33,343 nt of DNA from a virus (lineage: Duplodnaviria; Caudoviricetes): IMG/VR virus record IMGVR_UViG_3300009161_000016, positions 1 to 33,343 of that record; one strand, given 5' to 3'. The notes below the pieces were generated by a model. That model did no database searches. It was given only the letters and a program-made list of their open reading frames with translations, and was not told the origin of the DNA. The translations under genes were made by a program, and so were the position numbers. Of this stretch, positions 33,317 through 33,343 are shown in pieces (the first letter of the stretch is position 1; the number at the start of each line of letters is the position of its first letter).

Positions 33317-33343
33317 TTTTAATTTGGTGTATGTTATGCAGTA
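33221..33343. repeat. Terminal direct repeat, copy 2
   Basis: Identical to 1-123. Confidence 0.95.

Noticed and set aside
1-33343. Stop-codon reassignment
   Set aside because: Genes are intact and densely packed under the standard code; TAA, TAG and TGA all end credible genes.
1-33343. Prophage or integration module, tRNA genes
   Set aside because: No integrase, repressor pair, att-flanked host genes or cloverleaf sequence was recognised.

Overview
The window looks like a complete, circular tailed dsDNA phage genome of about 33.2 kb; bases 1-123 are identical to 33221-33343. It is probably a siphovirus (tape measure and tail tube present, no sheath) infecting a Bacteroidota host (TAnnTTTG promoters, AT-rich leaders without Shine-Dalgarno sequences). 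A leftward early arm (89-6359) encodes an SSB-like protein, a PD-(D/E)xK nuclease, an RNase H-like exonuclease, a DUF3310-like protein, a HEXXH protein, a PAPS-reductase-family protein, an SF2 helicase and a DnaA-C-like HTH protein. The rightward arm carries two DNA methyltransferases, VRR-NUC, a primase-helicase, a repeat-rich putative origin, a sigma-like regulator, a glycosyl/acyltransferase cassette, terminase, tail, head and portal genes, a fibre and lysis genes. No integrase, stand-alone DNA polymerase, tRNA or CRISPR array was seen. Most notable: (1) a two-chain C5 methyltransferase whose motif IX and probable target-recognition region lie in an overprinted +1 frame; (2) GATC is avoided genome-wide except in GGATC/GATCC context, and long poly-G tracts sit in two candidate DNA-modification genes; (3) a GT-B/CxxC/LpxA-like/GT-A cassette with a palindrome array just before terminase; (4) two similar pseudoknot-like leaders; (5) domain accretion in the prohead protease (HAD insert) and portal (wHTH plus MuF-like). 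All family calls come from motif recognition by eye, and all counts are manual.
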